Source of the DNA: Candidatus Omnitrophota bacterium
GTDB taxonomy: Bacteria > Omnitrophota > Omnitrophia > Omnitrophales > JACROU01
DNA length: 64,000 nucleotides
Assembly: GCA_029261035.1 (NCBI GenBank)
Contig: JAJDCD010000008.1
Span: 300,480 to 364,479, forward strand
Reading direction: 5' to 3'
Positions 47,531-57,424 of this stretch are shown here, piece after piece; the first letter of the stretch is position 1, and every line of letters starts with the position of its first letter. Below the pieces are notes generated by a model. The model did not search any database. It saw only the letters and a list, made by a program, of their open reading frames with translations, and was not told where the DNA came from. The position numbers were made by a program, and so were the translations under genes.

Positions 47531-48079
47531 TTAAAATATTGAAACAATGGAACCGAGGGTTCCATACTTATGCTTCGCCATGATCTTTCTGAATTCCGGA
47601 TCATTCACAAATTGCTTAAGCGCATCCTTCACAAGAAAGTCTGCGATGCGTTCCTTAGCTTCTGACTCCATAAAAGAATCAATCAACACCTCGTAGCCTC
47701 CTGACTTTTTCCCTTCATATTTAAGGACACCTTTTTCATTGATTACTCTGAGTTCGAGAACGAGTGCGGCTTTAACTGGCCGACTCAAGATATCCGGCGA
47801 TGAAAGCTCAAGTCCTCTCACTCTCAAGATGACCTTTTCACTATCCTTGCTTGAAACAAGTTCGATAATACCTTGCTGATCTTCATTCCTTTCAACCTCA
47901 AGACCCGTTTTAAGACCGATGTAATGAACCAAATAACGTGTAACCATATCTCGAAGACTATTATCAGTTGGGATTATCTCCTGACTCTCTTTTACTTTTT
48001 CGGTCATAACTTGGGGCACCGTGGCTGCACAGCCAATAACCAATGAGAGGAGTAATATCGCAAGACTTGAGATCCTCAT
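47531..48079 (-). CDS. Lipoprotein of unknown function
   Basis: Lipobox VIGC after a hydrophobic stretch. Confidence 0.75.
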   Translation of the reverse strand: MRISSLAILLLSLVIGCAATVPQVMTEKVKESQEIIPTDNSLRDMVTRYLVHYIGLKTGLEVERNEDQQGIIELVSSKDSEKVILRVRGLELSSPDILSRPVKAALVLELRVINEKGVLKYEGKKSGGYEVLIDSFMESEAKERIADFLVKDALKQFVNDPEFRKIMAKHKYGTLGSIVSIF

Positions 48080-49200
48080 GCTTTATTACCCTCTTCCGTT
48101 CGTTGTCTAATTTGGTGCTGCATAAAAAGATCACGGCCACGCTGAAGCTCTCGCTTGAGATCATCAGGTTTTGGGAGTTTAAGCTGATATTTTGAGACAA
48201 ATATTTTGTTACTCATGCCACCCGTGGCATACTTCACACATGCGCTACTTTTATTCGCGCACAATACAACGCCAATGGGATCGCTTTCTGCTTGTGGCAT
48301 TAAATGATCTTTTGCCCAGTTCAAATAGAGATTCATTTGACCGGCGTAAGCGTGTGTAAATCGTCCGATTTTGAGGTCCAATATCACATAACAATTTAAA
48401 GGAATATGATAAAGGACGAGATCCATTCGATACTCATCTCCATCCAGATTAAAACGCTTCTGTCGCGATACGAATGTGAATCCGGCTCCGAGTTCCAAAA
48501 GAAATCGTTCAAGGTGATGTATCAAGGCATCTTCAAGATCAAGCTCTGAATACTCATCTTTAAGATTCAAAAACTCAAGAACGTAGGAATCTTTTATTTC
48601 ATCTTCCGGCCGTACAATAATGGGATGTTCATTGGCTTTCTTTAAAACAAGATCTTTACGCTTTGACAGAGCTGTTCTCTCAAAAAGCGCCGCCTGAATT
48701 TCACGATCAAGTTGTCTTGCAGACCAATGGCTTCGCAGACACTCATTTTCATAGAATCTTCTTTTTACCGAATCATCCAACCTCATAAGCTGCCTGTAAT
48801 GTGACCAAGAAAGGCTAAAGGATCTGATCACATCACCTAATGCGGGCGCTTTGGCCAATTCGCTACACACCGTGTAGCGTTTTTCGATGCCTTTGTAGGT
48901 GAGGTAAAACTGCCGTATGGCTCTTAGATGGGCCTCACCCCACCCTTTTCCAAGCTTATGTTTAAGGTCTCCCGACAAATGCTTGAGTAAAGCCTCCCCA
49001 TAGCGAGCTCGATTCCTTCCTTTTTGCTCAAATTCCACGATCCTTCGGCCGGTCAACCAATAGGTAGCAACTAACGCAGCATTAACCTGCCTGACCACAC
49101 TCTCTCGGCCCTCATGAATTAAGGCTGATATGCTGTTGAGCAACTGCCGATAATCGTCCATCCGCACTGCGTTATTTCCTGATGATTTGAGATGCCTCAT
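48076..49200 (-). CDS. YhcG/DUF1016 PD-(D/E)xK nuclease-domain protein
   Basis: YWLTGRRIVEFEQ, LSWSHY, KDSYVLEFL, FLLELGAGF, DLVLYH, GQMNLY. Confidence 0.92.
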   Translation of the reverse strand: MRHLKSSGNNAVRMDDYRQLLNSISALIHEGRESVVRQVNAALVATYWLTGRRIVEFEQKGRNRARYGEALLKHLSGDLKHKLGKGWGEAHLRAIRQFYLTYKGIEKRYTVCSELAKAPALGDVIRSFSLSWSHYRQLMRLDDSVKRRFYENECLRSHWSARQLDREIQAALFERTALSKRKDLVLKKANEHPIIVRPEDEIKDSYVLEFLNLKDEYSELDLEDALIHHLERFLLELGAGFTFVSRQKRFNLDGDEYRMDLVLYHIPLNCYVILDLKIGRFTHAYAGQMNLYLNWAKDHLMPQAESDPIGVVLCANKSSACVKYATGGMSNKIFVSKYQLKLPKPDDLKRELQRGRDLFMQHQIRQRTEEGNKA

Positions 49201-49772
49201 GAAAGAGTGCCTCCCTTCACAACAGAAACTTCTTTCAAAAACAACACACCTTTTTTGGGCCTTGCGTGGATATCATCAATCACAATCTCAAATGTCTTTA
49301 CCTCTGACCAATCCCGGATTCTTCTAAATTTCTGAAGAGGGACTTCAAATTCCTTCCATTCGCTTCTTACTCCTGACAATAAATAGGGCGCTTTACGATT
49401 ATCTTTATCCGTAAATTGAAGTGCTATATTGCCAGTGAAGGGCGGATCGCTTTCAGCTCTCATCCAAAGATGAAGCGATTCATATTCTGATAAATCATGG
49501 CCCTCGATTTTAAGCCAGAAACCTCCCATTGCAGGAAGCGAAGAATCCACATCAAAGAGCACGTCTACTTCTGCGGCGTTCGCGCTAATCTCATGTCTTA
49601 CGCTCTGCGCAGCATCGAGAATGTTATGCTCCCAGGTTCCCATCATGATCTCAGCATCAAGCCGAGTAAGATCGAGTAGATTCAGTTTTTCGTTCTCAGC
49701 ATTCGCTTGCCCTTTAAATGACACGATACATATAAAAAGGAGCAATGCCCTAGAAAGAGTTCTTAAGCACAT
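49197..49772 (-). CDS. Secreted CBM11/CIA30-like carbohydrate-binding protein
   Basis: Paralogue of 46921-47505 (FDVDSSLPAMGGFWLKI; SEWKEFEVPLQKFRRIRDWS). Start placed at MCLRT after AAGGAGG. Confidence 0.75.
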   Translation of the reverse strand: MCLRTLSRALLLFICIVSFKGQANAENEKLNLLDLTRLDAEIMMGTWEHNILDAAQSVRHEISANAAEVDVLFDVDSSLPAMGGFWLKIEGHDLSEYESLHLWMRAESDPPFTGNIALQFTDKDNRKAPYLLSGVRSEWKEFEVPLQKFRRIRDWSEVKTFEIVIDDIHARPKKGVLFLKEVSVVKGGTLS

Positions 49773-50508
49773 TCGCATGCCTCCTTGCCGAATCGAGAGA
49801 TTCCTTGCTTCCGATATCAAACCACGCCCCGTCAAAGTCCACCGCATAAAGTGACTCTTTCTTACTGAGCCATGCAACAAAATCTCCGATCCTGTCAGGA
49901 TTTAGTTTCTCAAGCTCAAGGTATTCATAAATCCTCATCCGGTACTTGCTTGGAAAATAATAAACACCAATGCACACATCCGTAGACTTCGGGTTCTCCG
50001 GCTTTTCTTCAAAGTCCGTAATGAGGTTATGATCATCTCGCATCACCACGCCACATAGCGATGCAACCGAAGGTTCTCCTACATCATAAATACCGACAAA
50101 GGCATTCTCAGGATCTCCGAGACACGGCAAGAGAAAATGGCTCAATGGAAAATCAAAGTAGTTATCTCCACAAAAAACAAAGAAATCATCACTCCCGCAG
50201 TATCCAGAGCGGAGTGCTAGATCGAGATCCCTCACGGCACCCAGTCTTTTCTCCGGCACAAACGCGTTATTTTCAACGATGTGAATGGGCTTCTGATAAC
50301 ATGAGTTCCTGCACCATTTATAGAAGTCCAGATAAAACTTCCCGCTAGTCACGATAATGATTTCATCCACGGCACTGACCACCTCTAGCTGTTCGATTAG
50401 AAAATCCAGAATCGTTTTATTTCCTAACTTAAGCAGTGCCTTTGGCGTATCCTCTGTAATCGGATAAAGTCTTGTTCCGAACCCTGCGGCGAGAATAATA
50501 GCTTTCAT
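49750..50508 (-). CDS. Sugar-1-phosphate nucleotidyltransferase
   Basis: ILAAGFGTRLYPIT ... PKALL, GDN, FEEKP, WFDIG. Confidence 0.92.
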   Translation of the reverse strand: MKAIILAAGFGTRLYPITEDTPKALLKLGNKTILDFLIEQLEVVSAVDEIIIVTSGKFYLDFYKWCRNSCYQKPIHIVENNAFVPEKRLGAVRDLDLALRSGYCGSDDFFVFCGDNYFDFPLSHFLLPCLGDPENAFVGIYDVGEPSVASLCGVVMRDDHNLITDFEEKPENPKSTDVCIGVYYFPSKYRMRIYEYLELEKLNPDRIGDFVAWLSKKESLYAVDFDGAWFDIGSKESLDSARRHANVLKNSF

Positions 50509-50526
50509 ATAAATAAACTCCTTTTA

Positions 50527-51456
50527 TTAAGAATTAATTTTGATAGAAGCGTGCATCCCGTACCTAAAGTTCCCCGGGATTCCATCAAGTTTCACTTCAC
50601 AAGAAACCACATGCCGAATCTTAAAGACCTTCTCAACCTCTTGCGATGTGCGCGGCGCTAACCTCACAACCCGCCCTTTGTAAGTTTTTGAAGAAAACGC
50701 ATGAAACCTTGCTTTTACTTTGCTACCCACTTTAATCTTTTGCACCTCTTCTTCCGGAATTAAGACTTCAACAAAGTAGGTATCTGGGTCTGCGATCTCA
50801 AGCACAAACTCACCTTTTTGGATGGGACTCCCTATCGTGTCTGATGGGTCAGTCAAAAGAACTCCATCAAAAGGCGCTTTAAGCTCAAGAGACTCCATTC
50901 CTTCTTTGATATAATCCAATTCCCTTTTCGCAGACTGAATTTTCTTCTCAAGAATCACAAATTCCTGAGTGGCTTGAATAAAATCAAATTCTTTCTTGCC
51001 CAATTCACTTTTTCCGGTCACACCATTCTCATAAAGCATCTTGGTTCGTTCACGAACCTTGTCCAAATACTTTAATTTTTCATTCACTATCACTTTTTCA
51101 TCTTCTAATCTCCCAAGCTCTAATTCTGCTTGTGTGTGTTGCTTTAAAAGTTCGGGGTTTTCAAATCTCGCAATTAGCTCCCCTTTCGTTAAAACCGATC
51201 CCTTCTCACGCAGCAATTCTTTAAGCACTCCGGAGCTCGTAAGTCCAAGCCTCGCAAATTTATCTGCTTGGAGCACTCCATCGCCTTTAAAGTCTGCTCT
51301 TGGCCAGATAAGGAAAGAAACAACGGCTATCACTAAAATTAAAATCATCTTTCCTTTTTTGCCTTTAGCTTTCTTCTTTACCTCATGATTCTCTTCAAAA
51401 AGCTGCGGTTCATCTTTCGGAGAATCGTCCGTTGGTTCTTTATTAATTTCTGTCAT
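50527..51456 (-). CDS. Membrane fusion protein (HlyD/RND periplasmic adaptor)
   Basis: Single TM anchor, lipoyl halves (SSGVLKEL ... KG; LKAPFDGV), coiled-coil hairpin, GRVVRLAP, RYGMHA. Confidence 0.9.
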   Translation of the reverse strand: MTEINKEPTDDSPKDEPQLFEENHEVKKKAKGKKGKMILILVIAVVSFLIWPRADFKGDGVLQADKFARLGLTSSGVLKELLREKGSVLTKGELIARFENPELLKQHTQAELELGRLEDEKVIVNEKLKYLDKVRERTKMLYENGVTGKSELGKKEFDFIQATQEFVILEKKIQSAKRELDYIKEGMESLELKAPFDGVLLTDPSDTIGSPIQKGEFVLEIADPDTYFVEVLIPEEEVQKIKVGSKVKARFHAFSSKTYKGRVVRLAPRTSQEVEKVFKIRHVVSCEVKLDGIPGNFRYGMHASIKINS

Positions 51457-51480
51457 TTTTATCTCTTCTCCTTTTATTTA

Positions 51481-53061
51481 TTAAATCCAGTTTCTCAGTT
51501 CTTGCGGTACTGTCTTTGACGTTAGATAGACTGCCGGAATCGATAAGATCAGGCTCGTCAAAATCGGTGTTGCTTGCCAAATGAAGTAATGCACATTCGT
51601 CAAAATGAAAATTAACCCAAATACGCCAAAGGCTGTTCCTCCCCACATATACTTTGCTGTACTTGTTAAAGTGATCTTCGCAAAGGGATCTTTCAGCATT
51701 GGTTTCCAATTCAACTTCCTTAAAGGAATAGTCAAAATATCAATAGGCGCATAAACAAAATTATTAAGCGTAATAAGCGTTGATAGAAATAGTTCGTACA
51801 AATATTCTCTAAAGTCTCGCCAAGTTTTTAAAATTGTTACTTTGTGAAAAAACACGACACTAATACTAAAAATCAGAACCCATTTAAGAGTACTGTTCGT
51901 ATAAAGTCCCATCCAAATCGAATCTATTTCAAAATGAATAAGCTCACCGGTAAATTCGGAGTGGCTTAAAATCCCAAGGATTACCCAATAAAAGAAAACA
52001 AGATCAGCGAGGTAAAGGTAGATCCCGTAGAAGGCGAGAAAGCGGGTTGCTGGCGTAATACCGCGCTCAAGAACAAGCGGCCATCCTTGAAGCGTACCCT
52101 GTGCCCAACGCTTTGTTCTGGCACGCGATTCAAGATAGTTTGCCGGAGCTTCATCATAGGCGTGAACATCTGGGCAAAAGACTACCCTGTAGCCTAGTTG
52201 TCTGAGCCTGACAGTATCCCAATTATCATGAGAGAGAAGACCTTTGGGGAGACGCACCTTTCGAAGCGCCTCTGTCCTCGCAAGATGATGATGGCCAAAT
52301 GAAACTGTCTCTCCAAAAATTGCTTGAATTGCGATAAAGCTAAATTTTTGTGCAAAGTAGGCTCCTATTCTTTCAAAGCGAGAGTACCAAGTCGTTGCAT
52401 GAGCAATTCGGATAATTGCTTGAAAAATAGCGACATCCTGATTTTTAGGATGCTCAGCTTTCCTCAGTAGCTTTAAGAGCGTCCCTTTAGGAACCATTCC
52501 ATCCGCGTCACAAACGTAAATATACTTATACTCAGGATGTGAGTGGACAAACTCCCCGACATTTCCTTGTTTTCGTTCAACAGGGTTTTCACGTCTTCTA
52601 TAAAACACTCTGCCCGGATGCAATCGTTCTAGCTTTGCAACAAGATTTTTTTCATATGAAATAAAATCCTCAGAAGAATCAGAGAGTAGCCAAAGATCTG
52701 TATCAGGTAATTTATTTCCTGAAAAAGAATAATGAATCCTTTCAGAAAGGCCATGCCCTTCATTACGAATAGGATAGACGAGTGCCATTTTAGGAATTCG
52801 TTTTACAAAAGTTTCTTTTAAAATGGGTCTTCTAATAAATAGGTGAGCAATACTTAGAAGAAAAAGATAAGCTACATTGAAAAATAGAAATTCAAACCCT
52901 ACAATCCAAAGAACTCCAAAAATCCAGGTTTCACTTGTGAACACGATCCTTGATGCCACAAGCCCCATCGTAAAAAGAGAACCGATAAGAGCCGTCCCAA
53001 GAAAGAGCCGCGTTCTTTTAACGGGTGTAAGCCAATCGTTTAAATAAAATCTATTCTTCAT
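51481..53061 (-). CDS. opgH: OpgH/MdoH-like GT2 glucosyltransferase (beta-1,2-glucan synthase)
   Basis: FYRRRENPVERKQGNV, CDAD, FGHH, LLSHD and RTKRWAQG match the OpgH motifs; flanking TM helices. Start uncertain (53061-53097). Confidence 0.82.
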   Translation of the reverse strand: MKNRFYLNDWLTPVKRTRLFLGTALIGSLFTMGLVASRIVFTSETWIFGVLWIVGFEFLFFNVAYLFLLSIAHLFIRRPILKETFVKRIPKMALVYPIRNEGHGLSERIHYSFSGNKLPDTDLWLLSDSSEDFISYEKNLVAKLERLHPGRVFYRRRENPVERKQGNVGEFVHSHPEYKYIYVCDADGMVPKGTLLKLLRKAEHPKNQDVAIFQAIIRIAHATTWYSRFERIGAYFAQKFSFIAIQAIFGETVSFGHHHLARTEALRKVRLPKGLLSHDNWDTVRLRQLGYRVVFCPDVHAYDEAPANYLESRARTKRWAQGTLQGWPLVLERGITPATRFLAFYGIYLYLADLVFFYWVILGILSHSEFTGELIHFEIDSIWMGLYTNSTLKWVLIFSISVVFFHKVTILKTWRDFREYLYELFLSTLITLNNFVYAPIDILTIPLRKLNWKPMLKDPFAKITLTSTAKYMWGGTAFGVFGLIFILTNVHYFIWQATPILTSLILSIPAVYLTSKTVPQELRNWI

Positions 53062-54406
53062 AGTCGGTTTCCTCATAAAGAGAATATTCTTCGTCAAAAA
53101 GCGACCTAAAAGCGGTCTTTCTATCTAAACGCGCCATTAAAATCCTATAATCTGTAACAGCCATAAGTTGATTGATCTTCGCTTCCTCTAAAGCGATAAA
53201 TGAATCAATTAGTTCACCAGCGCCACGCTCACCAGCAATAAGACGGGTCTTTTCGTTCTTATAAATCTCCCGTCTTTCACGCCGAAGCGTTTTTGCAAGA
53301 CGAACCTTTTCACGCAGCGCCCTGCCATCATGAAATAGCTTCCTTATCTCTTTTTCATGTTCACGAACCTTTATTTCACCTTCCCACTTTGTTTCTTCCA
53401 TTTCATGTTCCTTAGCTTGGATTTTGGAACCGAGTCTTCCAAAGTCCCAAATATTCCATTTCACTTCCGCGCCAACCATTGCCCTATTTGTGTCTACAAA
53501 AACATCATCGTTACGATTCCATCTCGCCGTAAGATTGATATGAGGAAATCGATCTGCCTGAAGCTCTCGCCTTTCAAACTTCTTCTCTTTCACCTTATAA
53601 TCCCAAAGCCGGTAGATAGGATCGTTCTTACGCGCAGCTTCAAGGTAATATTCCGAGTTACTCTGAAGCTCTGCGTAGTCAGACAAGGGCTCAAGGCTAA
53701 GAGATTCTCCTTGAGCAATTCCAACTGTCTCAATCAACACATCTAAAAGATAATCATAAGATTCTTTGTGTTTCACAAGCGCATGCTTAGATCTTTGAAG
53801 TAAGGTTTCAACTCTAAACAGCTCATAAAGCGGAAGAATCTCTTTATCTATTAGCCGTTTCATACGTTCGTGCGCCGTTTGAAGCTCACGAACCTGTCCT
53901 TGAGCAATACGGGTAGATTCTTTTTCAAGTAGCACTTGTGCATAAAGAATCCGAATTCCAAGTTCTACATCAAGCTTGGCCGCTTCCAGCTCAGTTTCTT
54001 CTCCCCCAACCCGAGCCTTTTGCTTTCTTTTCCCCGCAATGATTTTCCCGCCTTTAAAAAGAGGCTGCTCAATACCCGCATCAAGGTAATTCACCGTTTT
54101 CTTCTCACCCGTGGACACAGCCCCAAAAAACTCGGCAGAAAGCTTTGGAAGGAACTCTGAAAGACTTCCTTTATAAAGAGCCTTTTCTTTACGAAGTCTT
54201 GCAAATGCCCGTTTCATCTCTGCCTGATTCTTAAGAGCTCTCGTAATAGCATCATTAAGAGTAATGAGAGATCCATATCCCATTAAACCAAGCTCCTCTG
54301 CGGCCTTCGCTTTCACCGGAGTCATTAAAAATATTAAGGCAAAGACAGATACGCCTAATATTCGTATGCCGGACTTTTTCTTTGTATGTGCAAGACTTGC
54401 TCTCAT
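53051..54406 (-). CDS. TolC-family outer-membrane channel
   Basis: ITLNDAITRALKN, FLPKLS, IEQPLFKGG, FPHINL, WNIWDFG; two OEP repeats. Confidence 0.9.
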   Translation of the reverse strand: MRASLAHTKKKSGIRILGVSVFALIFLMTPVKAKAAEELGLMGYGSLITLNDAITRALKNQAEMKRAFARLRKEKALYKGSLSEFLPKLSAEFFGAVSTGEKKTVNYLDAGIEQPLFKGGKIIAGKRKQKARVGGEETELEAAKLDVELGIRILYAQVLLEKESTRIAQGQVRELQTAHERMKRLIDKEILPLYELFRVETLLQRSKHALVKHKESYDYLLDVLIETVGIAQGESLSLEPLSDYAELQSNSEYYLEAARKNDPIYRLWDYKVKEKKFERRELQADRFPHINLTARWNRNDDVFVDTNRAMVGAEVKWNIWDFGRLGSKIQAKEHEMEETKWEGEIKVREHEKEIRKLFHDGRALREKVRLAKTLRRERREIYKNEKTRLIAGERGAGELIDSFIALEEAKINQLMAVTDYRILMARLDRKTAFRSLFDEEYSLYEETDYEE

Positions 54407-54461
54407 AAAAAAATCTTCTCCTTCCAAATAGACTGTTTTTCTAGAAACTTTCCTTCGAACC

Positions 54462-54734
54462 TTATCCCGCGAGTTTTTCTCCGAGTTTCTTAAACCCTTT
54501 CAAAAACTCTTCTGGTTTCTCCGGATAGGGAATTCCTCTTTTTTGCGGGAGCATAATGTCTTCCTTACGCCCCTTCTCAAAAAACCGCATATCACCGACC
54601 GTTTGACCATCAATTTCAACTACGGAAAATCGGAACTCTTCACCATCTCCTGTTGGAATCACATGAACGATCTCTTTTTGCACGATCTCTCTTTGCTTAA
54701 ACACCCGCTTCGTTCTTTGTTCTGTTTTTGCCAT
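54462..54734 (-). CDS. PC4/YdbC-like single-stranded DNA-binding protein
   Basis: EEFRFSVVEIDGQTVGDMRFF ... PQKRGI pattern of the PC4 fold. Confidence 0.6.
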   Translation of the reverse strand: MAKTEQRTKRVFKQREIVQKEIVHVIPTGDGEEFRFSVVEIDGQTVGDMRFFEKGRKEDIMLPQKRGIPYPEKPEEFLKGFKKLGEKLAG

Positions 54735-54758
54735 TGTGATATTTCTCCTTTTTTAAAT

Positions 54759-55721
54759 TTAAATTGCTTCAAGCAAAATCACTTGAATGGGAGTGTAGGA
54801 CTCCACGGTAATGCTTTTCTCCACGCGTGCTTCTCTCAAATTCTGGCGTGCTTCATCATGAAGATTCTGTGAAACATTCAGCCTGAGCTGATCTTCCAAG
54901 CTATAGGGGTCACGCCCTCGTCCCCCAAGAAAAAGAGAACCTACTGAAAGCACAGACTCACCAATAGCTTTTAATACTTTCCTGTCCGTGTGCCGATCCA
55001 CATCACCTTGTATTCCTGCGGCCCCGTCCTCAGAAAGAGCCAGAGCTCGCACACGAACCTCACGACCGTCCGGTAAGATTAAGAGATCAAAGCTGACATT
55101 AATCCGGTCTAAGGACTTCACAACATCTGCTTCTCCAAGAAATCGTGCCCCCTTCGGAATCACCACTTCATCTCCGTAACTGAAATCCTTGGGAAGAATT
55201 GCCTGAACCGGTGCTCGGACGTTAAAAGAAAATATACGGTCTGAAAGAAGCGCAGGAACCTTTGTTCCTGACGGCAACCCGAAACTGAACTCCTCTTTTG
55301 TCTCTCTGAGACGCATATTTTTCTCTTCCTCTGGTTTTGAAACAAAAACTGCAATCTTTGTGTCATATTTTCTTTTTTTGCGTTCTGCTCGGATCTCATC
55401 GGATCTTCTCTTAACCTTTTTGGTAGACCGTGAAGATTTTTTAATCGCCTTTTCCATCGATTCTGCCGTCATTACAATCCTGCCTTCTTCAACCGGAGAA
55501 ATTTTCATTTCTCCTTTTGTTTTTTTAGAACGCGGCGAAAAAACAGAGAACGAGAGAAACACAACGATTAATATGAAAACTACAAATAAAACAGGCCGCT
55601 TTTTAATTGCCTCTTTAAGGCTTTCTGCTTTTTCTCTTGGACCGTCTGGTGAATCAAAAAATTGTTTCTCTGGCGGTCCCTGTTTTTTCTTCTGAGCTTT
55701 CTTAAAAAAATCTTTAAACAT
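54759..55721 (-). CDS. T4SS VirB10/TrbI-like protein
   Basis: TM anchor; LPSGTKVPA, VVIPKGARFLG, DGAAGIQGDVD. Confidence 0.85.
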   Translation of the reverse strand: MFKDFFKKAQKKKQGPPEKQFFDSPDGPREKAESLKEAIKKRPVLFVVFILIVVFLSFSVFSPRSKKTKGEMKISPVEEGRIVMTAESMEKAIKKSSRSTKKVKRRSDEIRAERKKRKYDTKIAVFVSKPEEEKNMRLRETKEEFSFGLPSGTKVPALLSDRIFSFNVRAPVQAILPKDFSYGDEVVIPKGARFLGEADVVKSLDRINVSFDLLILPDGREVRVRALALSEDGAAGIQGDVDRHTDRKVLKAIGESVLSVGSLFLGGRGRDPYSLEDQLRLNVSQNLHDEARQNLREARVEKSITVESYTPIQVILLEAI

Positions 55722-55748
55722 AGTCGGCAGTCCACTCCTTAAAAGTTA

Positions 55749-56771
55749 TTATTCAAACCACTTAAATCCCTTAATCTCAATATCTCGCTTTTTGCCCATC
55801 TCACTATCCTCAAGAATTCGAATAAATGGTTTTTGCTTCTTTCCAAGTACCCGGTAATCAAAAACAAGCACACCATACTCATAGGCATCCGGAGAGATTG
55901 TTTCAGGAAGCTCAAGTTCTGACGGAAGCTCAATAACACCCGTCTCTTTATTTCTCAAAAACTTCCTTTCATGACTCACAGCCCCAACTAAAACCTTCAG
56001 TACCTTGAATGGCGTTCTTGAGTAGTTAAGAACCGAAAATCGCAGATAGGCTTTATCTGCAACTTGAGAAAGGGACAAAAGATTTACCTGCACATCTTCC
56101 TCTGCCTCAGATTTACGAAGCTCTATCGTCTGAACGCCTGAGGCCACCTTCTCAAGTAATTTTTCCTCAGAAAGCTTTTCTGCCTGTTCATTAAGCTCTT
56201 CAGATCTCTCCTGATAAACCTCTTCAAGCTCGTCGGTCTTTTCTTTTACTCGCTCCTCGAAGGCATTCTTAACAAGAGCTTCATCTTCTTTGGGCAATCT
56301 AAAATCCAGTACAAAATCAGCAGTATCCGGCGGACCAACTGACACATCAAAAGCAAGACGATTAGATGCCGTTACAATCACAAGGTTTGAGCGAGCGTCC
56401 GTTTCATCTGTAATAGGCTTTACAAGAACCTGCCGCTCATAGACTTCAACCTTAAAAAGTTCCTGATCTCCAACAAAAACTTTTTGAGCGGGTTCAGGCA
56501 AATCAATCGTTGACACATAACCAAGCGCTGTTTGAAGACGAAAAGCAACCGTAGAACGCATCGTGACCTTGTAAATATTTTGTGTAGTACGTTTTAGTTT
56601 GTTAAATGTTTGGCGAATCTTGAGCGGGTCTGATTTCTTTTCAGTCTCTGAGAATACCCCTCGCTCAAGAGTCATAGGTTCGTTTCCATAGGCTATAAAA
56701 ATTGGTCCTAAGGCTAAAACCGCACATATGAGAACGCTTGTAAGAATTAGTAAACGTGATCTTATTTTCAT
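55749..56771 (-). CDS. T4SS VirB9/TrbG-like core-complex protein
   Basis: Signal peptide; ALGYVSTIDLP ... VLVKP ... SNLVIVT; lies between the virB8-like and virB10-like genes. Confidence 0.7.
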   Translation of the reverse strand: MKIRSRLLILTSVLICAVLALGPIFIAYGNEPMTLERGVFSETEKKSDPLKIRQTFNKLKRTTQNIYKVTMRSTVAFRLQTALGYVSTIDLPEPAQKVFVGDQELFKVEVYERQVLVKPITDETDARSNLVIVTASNRLAFDVSVGPPDTADFVLDFRLPKEDEALVKNAFEERVKEKTDELEEVYQERSEELNEQAEKLSEEKLLEKVASGVQTIELRKSEAEEDVQVNLLSLSQVADKAYLRFSVLNYSRTPFKVLKVLVGAVSHERKFLRNKETGVIELPSELELPETISPDAYEYGVLVFDYRVLGKKQKPFIRILEDSEMGKKRDIEIKGFKWFE

Positions 56772-57424
56772 TTTTCTTCCTCCAATTTATTGAGTATGAT
56801 TTCTTTATAATTCTCTACAAGAAGACCCGATGAGGAAGATCGCGTACGCCTTACCTTCTTTAAAACGAGTTCTGCTTTGAACAAACTTGACTCACGATAA
56901 TCAGGATCGTTATAGTTAAAGAGGGTTCTCACTCCGACAAGTGAGACAAAAGCAAAATCGTCTGTCTCACGCTCCACTTTTTCCTCTTTAAATTCAATCC
57001 GGGCATAGAGGCCTGTTCCCTGAAACTTCACAAGAAAACCAGAATCTATGAGATCTCGATTCGCAATCTTCCGGTATCTGGATGTCATCCAGTTCCAGGC
57101 ATACTTTGTCTCTGTAAGCGCATAAGAATTAAGCCCTCTGAATTTCTCTACGAAAAATGTTGAGAATTCAAGAATCTCCACTTCGCTCGGATCATTGTGG
57201 GACTTTATATTTTCAATCACTTCTGCTTTACCTACCTCATTAACCCGAATCACCAGAGGTGGACGTGACATCACCATTAAAAGTGCAGCAATCAAAATAA
57301 AATTGAGTCCTATTGACATAAGGTTTGTGCTTTTCAAAAATTCGTTAAAGACTTCGTAATCCGCAAATACCTCGTAATATTTCCTTTTCATGTTCTTTAG
57401 TTTTTCCTCAAATCTTGTTTTCAT
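56768..57424 (-). CDS. T4SS VirB8/TrbF-like protein
   Basis: Single TM then PLVIRVNEVG ... GLLVENY; gene order. Confidence 0.7.
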   Translation of the reverse strand: MKTRFEEKLKNMKRKYYEVFADYEVFNEFLKSTNLMSIGLNFILIAALLMVMSRPPLVIRVNEVGKAEVIENIKSHNDPSEVEILEFSTFFVEKFRGLNSYALTETKYAWNWMTSRYRKIANRDLIDSGFLVKFQGTGLYARIEFKEEKVERETDDFAFVSLVGVRTLFNYNDPDYRESSLFKAELVLKKVRRTRSSSSGLLVENYKEIILNKLEEEK

